From Octopus sinensis (taxonomy: Eukaryota), in the NCBI RefSeq assembly GCF_006345805.1, contig NC_043008.1, positions 70,928,001 through 70,992,000 on the forward strand: a stretch of 64,000 nt of DNA, given 5' to 3'. The notes beneath the pieces are model-generated. The model did no database searches and was not told where the DNA came from. It saw only the letters and a program-made list of their open reading frames with translations. Positions 43,648-56,007 of the stretch are shown here, in pieces (position 1 is the first letter of the stretch; every line of letters starts with the position of its first letter). Made by a program: the position numbers and the translations under genes.

Positions 43648-43693
<46 letters not shown>

Positions 43694-43700
43694 ATATATA
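43325..43700. repeat. Very long (TA)n-rich tract
   Basis: Seen directly. Confidence 0.95.
43572..43654. mobile_element. Solo arm-end fragment of family 1 foldback element inside a long (TA)n tract
   Basis: ttgactatttatta...gtctttccttgtttgttttgcaaaatagtggtt...ctc matches 19578-19660 and 55860-55930. Confidence 0.75.
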
Positions 43701-45016
43701 TTGTATATAAATGAGTAACAAAGATGTGGTGGTGGATTAGTATCTACACTTCTGAAATACCATACCAAGTACCTTTATAAATGTATATGTCTAAATTACC
43801 AAGACGGCAGTACTTCAATTAGAGTGGTTGCGTTGACTGCACACACGGCAGGAATATCAGGTACAAACACACCTGAATGCAGTCGTGAATCTTAATTATA
43901 TTACATTATATTTGATATATATATATATATATATATATATATCAAATATATATATATATATGTATATGTGTGTATGCATATATATATAAAGAGAAAGAGA
44001 GAGAGAAAGAAAGGTGCAAGTACTCCAGTGTGTCTCAAACAGATCGGCGAAGTCAGTTCTTGAATAAGCCGCGATCTGCACTTCCGCATTGTACCTATTG
44101 ACAGATACATTTCATTCACTTGTAATGTGTTTCCCCGCCTTTATCTAATATAAACATTACCAGGTATGTCTGTTCATTGTTTACTTTTGTGCTGTTTTAA
44201 ACCAATGAAATATCAGAGTCTGTGACTTAGTAGGAAGCACCAACCATATTCTAGCTGAAGTTTTACTCTTTATCTGTTGATCTTGCTGCGTATATAAGTA
44301 ATCAATCAATAGAATCTTAGAAGTAATGATGCTATCTGCAGTCACCTCCTCCTAGCTATTTAGATTTAAGTAAATTGGTTTTATATTGTGTGCCAGCCTA
44401 AAGTAGGTGAATAATTGTAGACTATCATTAGAACGTAGAAGATTGGTGTACTTTAATTAAACAGGTTTTTACCTAATATTTTACACTACTATTCAATCAT
44501 CGCCTTCGCTTAACACGTTTGCTTGTAGGCACGTGTTGTTTCCAGCAAAAGAAGAGTCTTATTAACTGTGAAGACTAAAGTAATGATTATCTGGCATGTT
44601 CAGAGGTACAGAAATATATATCGATTTTAAATAAAAGCACAAGTTTCTCAAACTGCGGGCGATGAAGTATTTGCCCATCAGAGTGAAATACAACCAGTAT
44701 TTGACTAGTACTTTAAAGAAGAATTAAATTCAAAGTTCTCCTTCTGCTCAGAGATAAGCTTTGATTTACTTGCTAATAGAAACTAAAGCAGAATATGGTT
44801 ACTTCAACTGAGTAATCCACAACAAAGTGTTGGCGACACTAGACCGAATGGAATTAAAAGTATCGATTCCTACTTCTAATAGTTCAGTTTCCCTAACTTT
44901 ACTAGAACTAATTTCTAATATTAACACAAGTTCATATATTTTACTGGTTGGGTGTGGCCTATAATCCACTGATTTATCCTCTACACGCTCTTCATATTTT
45001 GATATGAAACGCAGAT

Positions 45017-45590
45017 TTTCCACGGTGAGATTCGACTTTACAACTTCAAAACTTAAAACTCCATAGAACATTATATATTGCCTGATGTCCACCACAGTTT
45101 TATTTATTTTGTGAGGAATATCCAAAAATTGTTGGTATAGAGTCTTAGGGGGCGAAGTGGCAGAATTTTAGGCGTCAGACATATTGCTTAGCAGTATTTC
45201 TTTTCCACGGTAGATTCGACTTTACAACTTCAAAACTTAAAACTCCATAGAACATTATATATTGCCTGATGTCCACCACAGTTTTATTTGTTTTGTGAGG
45301 AATATCCAAAAATTGTTGGTATAGAGTCTTAGGGGGCGAAGTGGCAGAATTTTAGACGTCAGACATATTGCTTAGCAGTATTTCTTTTCCACGGTGAGAT
45401 TCGACTTTACAACTTCAAAACTTAAAACTCCATAGAACATTATATATTGCCTGATGTCCACCACAGTTTTATTTATTTTGTGAGGAATATCCAAAAAATT
45501 TTGTTATAGAGTCTTAGGGGGCGAAGTGGCAGAATTTTAGGCGTCAGACATATTGCTTAGCAGTATTTCTTTCCATAGAGTTCGACTTTG
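45017..45590 (+). repeat. Tandem array of a 184-185-bp unit, 3 copies plus a partial; the unit includes a SINE A head
   Basis: The cacgg anchor recurs at 45021, 45206 and 45390, with a partial at 45574. Copies are nearly identical. The last copy continues into the SINE body (to ~45750). Confidence 0.9.
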
Positions 45591-46443
45591 CCTTTCATCC
45601 ATTCGCAGTTGGTAAAATAGGTACCACGGGGTCAACTTTGCAGTCAATCCTTTTGAGGTCGATAGAATAAGTACCAGTTGAGCACAGGGGTCGATGCAAT
45701 CGATTATCCCTGATCCCAAAATTGCTGGCCCTATGCCAAAATCTGAGATCAATGTTGTTAGAAATTCTAGATCCTATCCTCTCAACGCAATGAGAATTTA
45801 CAAGATGTTGTACCTGTCATAATCAGCAATATGTCATAGTTCAGTATTCGATTCAAGCCTGAGTCTACTTGATATTCTATCCGTCTTAGGTCGTTACCAA
45901 TAAATTACTTTGGTACGTTAGATTGACTTTACTATTTCATTCCAAGAAAATCTTCCTTTGGCTATGTAACTGTATCAACGTTATGTGTAATGTGGAGTGG
46001 TATAGGTGACGGAAAGAAAAATGCAGTATCTATTAACTTTTTTCCCTGTTTTTTTAACTCTGGCATGAAATCCAATTGACATGAACTTTGCTTTCATCTT
46101 CGGAAGTCAGTAAAAGAATCTAAATTAAGTCAGGTAATCAATAACATTTCAAGTAGCTCATCTACTAAGTTCTTTACCCTTCAGGCTACGTTAGACACCA
46201 ACGTTATTGTGATCCAGAAAATATCTTGATTTATCGAATTTCAGTGGTTCGATTCTCATTTAGGGAACGATAAGATATAATTCGTATGACAGATGTTTAG
46301 TGTGAGTAGGACACGACAGTGATTTCAACTTGATTAATACATGACTGTGTAATTTATTCCACGCTTGTCAACGCTTTTTAATGAACTCTGATATGGAAAA
46401 CACAAGCAGATGATGCATAAAAACCGTTTAATTTAATTTCCAG

Positions 46444-46508
46444 GCGAAATAAAAAAGTTAAAAAAATGGAGACCTTAATCGTTAGAAGACAGAGTGCCAC
46501 CATTGAAG
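46444..46508 (+). other. Candidate exon with ATG at 46466 (METLIVRRQSATIE, phase 1)
   Basis: tttaatttccag acceptor, AAAATGG start context, AAG|gtatat donor. No homology recognised. Confidence 0.25.
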
Positions 46509-47394
46509 GTATATTACATTCATAAAAAATATTTAAAAAATCCAATTGCATATGTTTATAAAAGCCAGTGTTAAAAGAAAACTGACCACGTTGCAGCATT
46601 AGATTTTGTAGAGCATTTGATCTTCACAGTGGATAATGACAAATGGTGTGAGCAGATTGTTTTGTACTAAGTGCAAAATATGTTTTATGGTGTAGGTTAT
46701 CCCTCTATTAGAAACGAAAAACAATTTTGACAAAAATGCTATAAAGTTCGCACGAAAGCAATGATACAATCAAGTCAATTGTTCTTGGTCAACCTAAATC
46801 AGTGCACCGTCACTTCGTTTTCAGTGGATATATCGACAAATTTTCAAATATACTGCTTTCCAAAAACATTGCAACATTGTATTCACGACAACAAGCACTT
46901 TTAAACCTGAAGTAGCAAAGTCGACATAAGTTTGGAAGTACTCAGATCATCACAAAATACACAATTTTTACTTCACTTAGTCAAAACCATGCAACTGTGC
47001 ATGTGTAAACTTTAAATAAATATATCAGTTCGAACAATAAAAAACAATAACGAACTTGAAAAATGAACGAAATAAAAAGGACAAATATTTCTACACTCAA
47101 AGACGACAGGGTTGACTACACCTTACGATGGGCCAATTCCTTTATTCTCGGGGATTTATCGATCACGACAAGACTACAAGTTCTGCTGTTTTAATCCATA
47201 TATTTGAATCAATATATTTAATCCTTATTTTTGAATCCAATGGTACTAGTGTCTATTTCTGGTGTGTATATATTTTAAGTTGCTTATTTTAATCCAAATG
47301 TTTAAGCCTAAAGAGAAAGATAAAAAGTTTAAATTTTAAATCCTGTTTCTTGGTTTACACTTGATATTGTTGATGTTGCTGTTGATGGTGTAAA

Positions 47395-47404
47395 GATGAT
47401 GATA

Positions 47405-47470
<66 letters not shown>

Positions 47471-47530
47471 GCGATGAGAAAAATGATGGCGATGATAACG
47501 ATGATGATGATGATGATGATGATGATGATA
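47395..47530. repeat. (GAT)n microsatellite
   Basis: Seen directly. Confidence 0.9.
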
Positions 47531-48092
47531 AGACTGACAGGAACGATCCAATTATAGTATACAACGAAGGTTAAAAGTATATCATTATATCAATATAAAT
47601 TGAATAAATAACAAATTTAGTTCTGACGTACGACAATGTTATGTGACAAGAATTTCGTGCTGAAATATGACAGGATAAAATCATGTGTTATAAAAAAAAA
47701 ATATGGGATCTGGAACGAGAGAACGGTGATTTGAAATTTTATAATATTTCCGTAATGGAATTCTTGGTGCAGAGATATTTACAATACAAAACTATATAAG
47801 CGGTAAATGAAGGAAATTCATCACTGCAAATATAAGTAATAGAGAATTTTAGCCTAAAACATATAATGGAGAAATATAAATCATTATGTAGTTACATTTT
47901 ATTGTTAATTTGTTTTTTTAATTACAGACATTTAGCGAAATAACATTATTGGATATATAAAGTTATAGAGGCAGTAGGATCGGGATAGTTGTGTAGATCA
48001 TTTTTACAATTGCAATATGGTTGAATTTATTATCATTATCAAAGGCAGCAAGATGATAGAAATGGATTATCATTAGAGATAAGTATCATTAT

Positions 48093-48300
48093 CAAAGGCG
48101 GCAAGATGGTTAGCAAGATTGGCGGAATGCTTAGCGGTATTTCACCCATCGCTCCGTTCTGAGTTCAAATTCCGCTGAGGTCGACTTTGCCTTTCATCCT
48201 TTCGGTGTCGATAAAAAAAGTACCAGTTGAACATCGCGGTCGATGTAATCAACTCATCCCCTCCTCACAAATGGCTGCCCTTGCGGCAAAATGTGAAACT
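48093..48300 (+). mobile_element. SINE family A
   Basis: GAGTTCAAATTCCGCTGAGGTCGACTTTGCCTTTCATCC body; followed by (ATT)n. Confidence 0.75.
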
Positions 48301-48387
48301 ATTATTGTTGATGTTATTATCATTATTATCATTATTATCATTATCATTGTTATTGTTGTTGTTGTAATTATCATTATTATTATTATA

Positions 48388-48474
<87 letters not shown>

Positions 48475-48480
48475 ATTATT

Positions 48481-48958
48481 CCTTCCTAACACAGTATAGG
48501 TAAAAATGCACCAGAGTCTTTAGTCATCTGTCAAATCGCAACAAGGGCCTCAGACAGATAACACTTTCCTTAAGATGTGCGCTGTGCCCAATAAGACTGC
48601 TTTTTGCAAAACACCAATCTTGCATGGGATTTCCAGTTGCCTTAAGAAGTCTTGAAGTTTCAATGGGATTGAGCCCAACGCTCCAATCACCACTGGTATC
48701 ACTCTCGCATTCCATACAATCTTGTCATTTCCCCTTTCAATTCGGAGTACTTAATTTTTTCAAGCTCTTTACTCACAACATTCATGTCATTTGGTATGAC
48801 TACATCAATGATCTGACAGTATTTGTCTCTCTTTTTCAATATAACAATATCAGGCCAACGGTGTTTGATTATACGTCTCTGAAATTCATAGTACCAGAGC
48901 ATCGTTACTTTTCCATTCTCCTGCATAACTTTACTTGGTACATGCTTTACTTCAACGA
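48481..48958 (-). mobile_element. 5'-truncated R4/Dong-type non-LTR retrotransposon: C-terminal restriction-like endonuclease domain, short 3' UTR and (TAA)n tail (48300-48480)
   Basis: HVPSKVMQENGKVTMLW...HRWPDIVILKK...IIDVVIP...KELEKIKYSEL (PD-(D/E)XK type) and IGVLQKAVLLGTAHILRKVLSV* (stop 48552-48550). Confidence 0.8.
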
Positions 48959-50849
48959 TTACTACCACTACTACTGCTGCTGCTGCTGCTGCTGCCACTA
49001 CTACTACTACTACTATTATTATTTTTATTGTTATTAAAGGTTTTGTCCGTCTTTATGTTCTGAATTGAAATTTCACCGCATTTGACTTTGCCTTTAATCA
49101 TTTCGGGATCTATAAAATAAGAACTGATCTAGTAGTGGGGTTGATGGAATCGACTAACCCCTTTCCTCTAAAAATTATTTCATACCTTATGCCTATAGCA
49201 GGAAGGAGAAACGAAAGGATTGTTACCACTAACTATCATGTCGATGAGCGTGTTTTCGGATTTGTTTATGCTATATTCCTGCAATATAACGGCTGCTAAT
49301 TCTATATCAGGCATTCGTTTATGAGGTATTCTTTTCCTAAATCCAGAATATGATGTGCATGGTATCAACCATCTCAGTCAAAGACTAAACATCTATATTT
49401 AGCAGGAATACATTTGTTGTGAAATAGGCAATTATGTCATAAACTGGTATTAATTGTCTATAATTATAAAACGTTGCAGCCAAATTATCCAGTATATTTC
49501 TAAATGAATGAAATAATGAGAACATTGGATGATTAAAGAAGTAAGAAATGTCATATGGTCGCCCACAAATTCATTTATTCAACATTTTTTGATAATAGCA
49601 CTGACATTTATCACTCTGGGGTCTAGAACAAATGACTCTTTGTTATGTTTTGGAAAAGCGAAACAAAACATACTTCTAATTGTTATTGTGTTTGGCGGTG
49701 CTGATATCAAACTACTGGAAACAGTAAGATGCCCTACAAAGTGATTTATACTAATTATTAATTAAGTGCTTCTATGTTCAAATCTCATATACCTCAGCTA
49801 TTTCTTGCACCGTCCTGGTGCCGCCGAATTAATTATGAATTCATACTACGACTAAACATATTAATTAGCAGCCGTTTTGTTGAAATTTATCATCGTGTAG
49901 TAAATTTATAGACCTTTATATATCGTGTGAAAATATGAATGCTTTCGATTATGTCATTGATTTCCTTCCATGGTGAAGCTTATTGAAAGCTGGAGCACAC
50001 AAGCACACACAATGACCGGCACAATAATATTATAGATTATGTAGATATTTCAAAGAGCAGTCTGGCAAAATCTGTGGAATATCGGTCAAAATTATTTATT
50101 TAATTGCACTCAGGATATTTTACTTCAAATCCAGTGCAGAGTCACATATGGTTAGAGAACAACAAAGGTTTACTGAGTGGAAGTAACTCCTGGGTGACAA
50201 GGCAAATAATTAAGAAAAGTGAGCGAAATTTAACGTTGTCAACATGTAATCAAGAAGTTAATTGCACGTAGGGGCAGCTGAACTTACTAAAATATTATTC
50301 AGACACGTATGTATGTGCGTGTTTGTATGTGTACATACATATATACATACACACTCACATACACAAAATTATATTATATCTAAATATATATATATATATA
50401 TATACATATATACATATATACATATACATACGTATTGACAGACATCTCACGCACACACTTACGTCACGCATACATACATATACATGTATTTTACTTGGTC
50501 GAGTCAGTCTTTTGCTACTCTGAGATTAAACAGTAAGTAAAAGTCATGAGTTGCAAGAAGCTGACTGGACCGGAATGAATTTTTTTTAAATCTCTATCGT
50601 GTTGTTGAGTACTCATTTTTAACCCCCCCCCTCCCACACATATGTATATAGATGCCTCAAAGCTCCTTTCCAAACCAGACGTTTACCGAATCCAGTGGTG
50701 TATATATTCTTCTCCGGGATGGAAGGCCTGAATTATCATTTCTGGCAGCTGAGTGAATTGGAGCAAAGAGAAATGATAAGTTTTGCTCAGGAACAGAAGG
50801 CATTTTCCGGTCCAGGAATCGAAACCACATCCTTACTATTTATCTATCA

Positions 50850-50974
<125 letters not shown>

Positions 50975-51119
50975 AAGATAGAAAAATAACTTTCCCTCTG
51001 GGTCACAATTGGAAAGCGATGTCAAACGTTCATTGAAACGTTGAATATTACATAGCATGATTAAGATCCATCTTTTCGTTTGTTATAGTGTAAACAAAAA
51101 TTCTTTTAGATTTTGGTAC

Positions 51120-51572
51120 CAGTAATGTTAAAAGGTGGTGATTGTTCGACACCATATATCCTAGTGATATATTTTATCGAGCCTGAAAAGATTGAAGGCA
51201 AAGCTGACCTCAGCAGCATTTTAAATTCAGAAAGGAACGGAAAAAAAATCACAAGATATTTTATTAAAGATTCTGCCAATCGTCTGCCCTGGGATAATTT
51301 TGTCTGGCGTATCAACGATTCTGCAAACCCGACGCCTCACTTTTGTAATTAATAATGGTTTCAAATTCGGGAAGAATGCCAACAATTTCAAATTCGGGAA
51401 GAACGCCAACAATTTCGAGGGGCCGATTACATCGACCCCACTTTTCAAGTGGTACTTATCTCATTGACTCTGAAAGAATGAAAGGTGGAATGTGAAGTCA
51501 GAATCTAAAGACAGACGAAGTGTCAATAAGCATTTTGCCCGGCGTACTACAGATTCTGTTAGTTTGCTGCCT
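51120..51572 (-). mobile_element. Two decayed family A SINEs with an internal 28-bp duplication
   Basis: Reverse family A blocks ending gattctgccaa (~51280) and gattctgttagtttgctgcct (51572); tttcaaattcgggaagaa(t/c)gccaacaa occurs twice. Confidence 0.55.
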
Positions 51573-51866
51573 CTAGTTATCGTAAATGATAATGATAACA
51601 GAAAAATATTTTTGGGTAAGATGAAATTAGGGTTGGAATATTTGAATGTTTGGTTTATAGATAATTTATGATATAGTTACGGTAAAAGGAAGAACCTATA
51701 ACATTTTGCACGAACTTTGAGACTGAGGGCACGAGAGAGAAAGCTAGATCAAATGTTTGCAACTTTGTGAATTAAAGTATCCCTAGTACCAGTACTGACG
51801 GCATTACTCCCAGGTACAGATTAATCAAGGGCTGAAACTTATAATACCAACAAGATTTTCATACAG

Positions 51867-52004
51867 TTGCAGCGATAAAAATTTCATTACGAAAGATTTG
51901 GCAAATACCAGTCTACGCAAAGGATATTTGCTCCGATTGCTGGGAAGTTGGGCAGGCAGATTACACGAATCATTGCGACGGAGAATCCTTAACCCAACAA
52001 TCAG
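51867..52004 (+). other. Candidate 138-nt exon (phase-1 frame AAIKISLRKIWQIPVYAKDICSDCWEVGQADYTNHCDGESLTQQS)
   Basis: ttttcatacag acceptor, CAG|gtatgc donor, length divisible by 3, complex non-repeat sequence. No homology recognised. Confidence 0.3.
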
Positions 52005-52565
52005 GTATGCTGCAGTTCTCTCTGCCTAATGATACACTCAGTTATATCATACATTAGCATTGATTAAGCAATGAATGATGACTAGAGAATATGAGAAAGA
52101 AATATAATGACAAGTGTGTCTAGTGTGTCTAACTTTATATAGTTATTGACCAACGAATATTCAGGTGGTGGAAGCAATTATCGGCTGACGTAATAAATAA
52201 TTGAGAAAAGTGGGCGACATTTAGCGTTGCAACCATATAATATTATAAAGCATCTGATAGCTCATAGGCTCAACTATACATTTGATACTGACTGAATGTG
52301 ACCACTGCAGCTTTTGCTTCCATTTAAAAAAATCGAATTGCATAAATGTAAGTTTGTAACATTGGTAATGATTTCCCTTTAGCAGGACTACTTGTTAGAA
52401 AAGACACAATTAGTGACCTATTAATCTGCATTCGTTTCCTATCCCTCGTCGTACTGTTCTCTGAAAACGCCTTTATATCGCTGTACGTACGTAATTTTCT
52501 CTCTCTCTTTCTCTCTCTCTCTGTATGTGTGTGTGTACATATATGTATATATATATGTATATATA

Positions 52566-52676
<111 letters not shown>

Positions 52677-52706
52677 CATATGTGTGTATATATATATATA
52701 TATATC

Positions 52707-52758
<52 letters not shown>

Positions 52759-53379
52759 TTGTGTGAGTGTATACGAGGGGAAAGAGCATATACCTACATA
52801 CACACGCACGCACACACACACATACACTCACACACACGCACATATATATGCATCTAAGATAAATAATATACATACAAAAATACAGTCATACGTGTTCTCA
52901 GACACACACACATATACATCATCGGTTGATACGTATACAAGTGAGCAATTTTATCTCTGACAATATCCTGGGAAAATTAATAATTTACTCTATTTAATAA
53001 GTAAAAAAAGAGAACGAAAAAGAACTATCTGAAATTAAAAATACATACATAAAAAGCAATAGCCAATCATTGTCAGGCCATTATCTCAGAAAAGGTCGCT
53101 GGAAGAAATAATAATTATCAAGACTAGAACAGCAAATGACTGGACGCTGGTTAACACTTAATGATCGTTACCCAATTTGTGGAATTCTATATTTTTTACT
53201 CCACATATTTTATCTTATTAAAAACGTTTCGGTAGACAACCAGACTAAAATATAGGAATAAGTATGTAGTAAAAGCGTCTGATACCAACGATCTGTTAAT
53301 ATTTCGGATCTATATGAAATCGATTTCCGAAATGGGTAATTTTAAACTAATTAGCAGTGAAAACTCAGTTTTCACCTGC

Positions 53380-53930
53380 CTGTTTAAGTAGGTTTTCGTC
53401 GTCTGCTACCGTTGTAGGTCGGCGTTGACTCTTCTTGATCAGTAACCGTCTCTGATAGTCTCACATGTGTGCTACAAGGCTTGCACTTGTTCTGCAAGTG
53501 GACTTGCATCATAGCCTCGATGTATCTGCGGTGGTGGGTCATGTATTCTGTGGAATAGAGGAAGCATGGGGGCACTGCAGCACAGTACACCTTTATCTTG
53601 GAGTTGCGAAAAATATCATGGCAGTTCCAAAGACTCCATTCTGGAGAACTGAAAGCCTATGCAGCACACTGCACATGCGTCTTAACTTCTAGGTCAGAAG
53701 AGTTGGTACCAATCACTGCGCTGCTTACCGTGTACTGTCACTAGCTGAAGCTCTCTCGTTCAAACAGGTCCTCTTGTTGGGTGCATGCAACGTAGCTCCG
53801 ATTTCGAATTGTTGATCTTCAGATCAAACATATTTGCTGCACTAGGAAACATGTACGCAATGTATTGCGCGCCCTGAATGTTGCTGGTCACGGGCACTGA
53901 ATTGTCTGTGTGTCCCTGACAAACATTTCC
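53380..53930 (-). mobile_element. Decayed RTE-clade LINE fragment (post-RT region)
   Basis: The minus strand includes SKIKVYCAAVPPCFLYSTEYMTHHRRYIEAM, resembling the RTE/BovB motif TKIKVYRAVVL..LLYG.ETW; many stops and frameshifts. Confidence 0.6.
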
Positions 53931-54047
53931 ATGATTTAGGAACAGGGAAGAAGCCAGGCCAAGTTGAAGATCAGTGAAATCTCAGTTCTCCTGTATCATA
54001 ACCCTGTTTATGTAGGTTTTATTGAGTATATAATATATAATATATAT

Positions 54048-54097
<50 letters not shown>

Positions 54098-54119
54098 CAT
54101 ACATATATATATGTATATA

Positions 54120-55212
54120 CAGGGCGCGATGGGTAAACTGTTGCCATATTGTATTTTTAATGTCACGCATGCGCTTGTTTGTTTTTGATTTTCTCGACTA
54201 AACAGTATAGTAGGAACAGCTGGGCACCGTCTGTGAGAAAAACAACACCATAGCGCAATTCAGTCTGCTAGAAATTTGGAAACGACATGCTGTATTGCCT
54301 GGCATTTGCATCAGAGGCTCCCATACGAACATATCAGCGTGTTTGGGTGTCAATCTGAGAAGAGTGCAGTGGATTCGGAAAGAGTTGCGTGAGTCTAATG
54401 GTGATTACAAAGATAAAGATATGGCAGTTGAATTTGATTGGCTCAAGAAAAGAACTCCTGAATTTGTTGGTAAGATCCAGGCTATGATTGACAACGGTCC
54501 CACCACATCAATCAGATCCATCGCCAGGGACATGTGAGTGTCTGAATTACTCATCAGGCACGTAGTGCATGCAGACATTCGGCATTACTCATACAAGATC
54601 AAGCGGGGACTAATTTTTATCCCAAGCCAACAAAGGCAAGATGAAGGACGGAGCTGCGAAGCTTTTACACAAAATCAAGCATCCCCGCCAACCGAACATG
54701 CTTTGATTATTCTCAGATGAGAAGCATTTCAGCCAGTATCAGACGGTGAACACACAGAACAACTGTTGGTTTGCCGTGTCCCTAAAGCATGTACCGGGAG
54801 TGATAAAAATCAAACATCCAGTCAACATCAATGTGTTTACAGTGATCAGCGGTGATGGCCACGTTATACCTCTATTAATTTTCCTACACAGCCTCAAATT
54901 CTACCCGGAGGCCTACACCAAGTGCTTGGAGGAGGTAGGGCTGCCCTACGTCAATGGATGCCTGAAAACCCAATGTCTAGGAACAGATTCTGCACTATGC
55001 CACATAAGCAGGAGAACCCAGTTGTGGCTGTCAGACAATTTTTGCGGCCACATCACCTCCTAACATCCGGCCTCCTAACTCCCCAGGCTGCAGCATTCTT
55101 GATCATTTTGTAGGGCACATTTGAACGAGAGGCCAACAAAATTCCTTGTAACACTAAAGATGAACTGAAGGTAAGAATTATGACATCATTCACCAATTTA
55201 CACGAGGAGACC

Positions 55213-55214
<2 letters not shown>
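54120..55214 (+). mobile_element. Decayed Tc1/mariner DD37D (maT-type) transposon, 3' end lost at a (TC)n tract
   Basis: TA followed by CAGGGCGCGATGGGTAAA (likely left TIR). Frameshifted transposase remnants: SIRSIARDM, FSDEKHF (D 54716-54718), DSALCH (D 54986-54988), PPNSP..LD (D 55101-55103). The second and third Asp are 37 codons apart after one frameshift. Confidence 0.85.
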
Positions 55215-55272
<58 letters not shown>

Positions 55273-55494
55273 TATTTATGCATTTAATATCGTTTAGCAA
55301 GAATAGTATTGACAGTGATTTCGAATTTTCTGCCAGCTAAGCCTTCATCGGTCTGTCTGATGATAGCTTAGGATGGCCGAAATTTTGAACTCATTCTGAA
55401 TACTATTCTTGTTAAAGAATAATTAACTTGTACTCCATAAAATTATAGATTAACTCTTGAATAATATTATAACAGAATATAAAAACGAGCATTG

Positions 55495-55527
<33 letters not shown>

Positions 55528-55934
55528 TAATAATAAATATTAGGGAATGAATCCAAAATTACAGGGAAAAATCAGATTTAGGGTTAAATCCAATTTTATA
55601 GTAAAATATTATATAATATAATTCGAGACAAAACCACTATTTTAAAACCAAACAAGGAAAGACTTAATCAATACATAAAATTTTAATATAAATTAAATAA
55701 ACCGCCACTACAAATGTTTCATGTCTGCTCCGACAATCTTCAGGTGGATTTTCGATCTTCTAATCAGTATCAAAATTTGATACTGATTAGAAGATCGAAA
55801 ATCCACCTGAAGATTGTCGGAGCAGACATGAAACATTTGTAGTGGCGGTTTATTTAATTTATATTAAAATTTTATGTATTGATTAAGTCTTTCCTTGTTT
55901 GGTTTTAAAATAGTGGTTTTGTCTCGAATTATAT

Positions 55935-55940
<6 letters not shown>
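55528..55940. mobile_element. Foldback hammerhead element, family 1, copy b (perfect palindrome 55611-55939, centre 55775; extension 55528-55610)
   Basis: I compared the arms by eye and found no mismatch over 164 bp. (TA)n lies on both flanks. Homologous to 19284-19665. Confidence 0.85.
55803..55845 (+). ncRNA. Minimal type I hammerhead ribozyme (identical mirror copy on - strand at 55705-55747)
   Basis: CCAC-CTGAAGA-TTGTC ggagca GACAT-GAA-ACATTTGT-A-GTGG; intact core, GUA triplet 55839-55841, U-U mismatch at the base of stem II. Confidence 0.75.

Positions 55941-56007
<67 letters not shown>

Noticed and set aside
45017-45590. CRISPR-like regular repeat
   Set aside because: The whole unit repeats with no unique spacers, and the context is eukaryotic.
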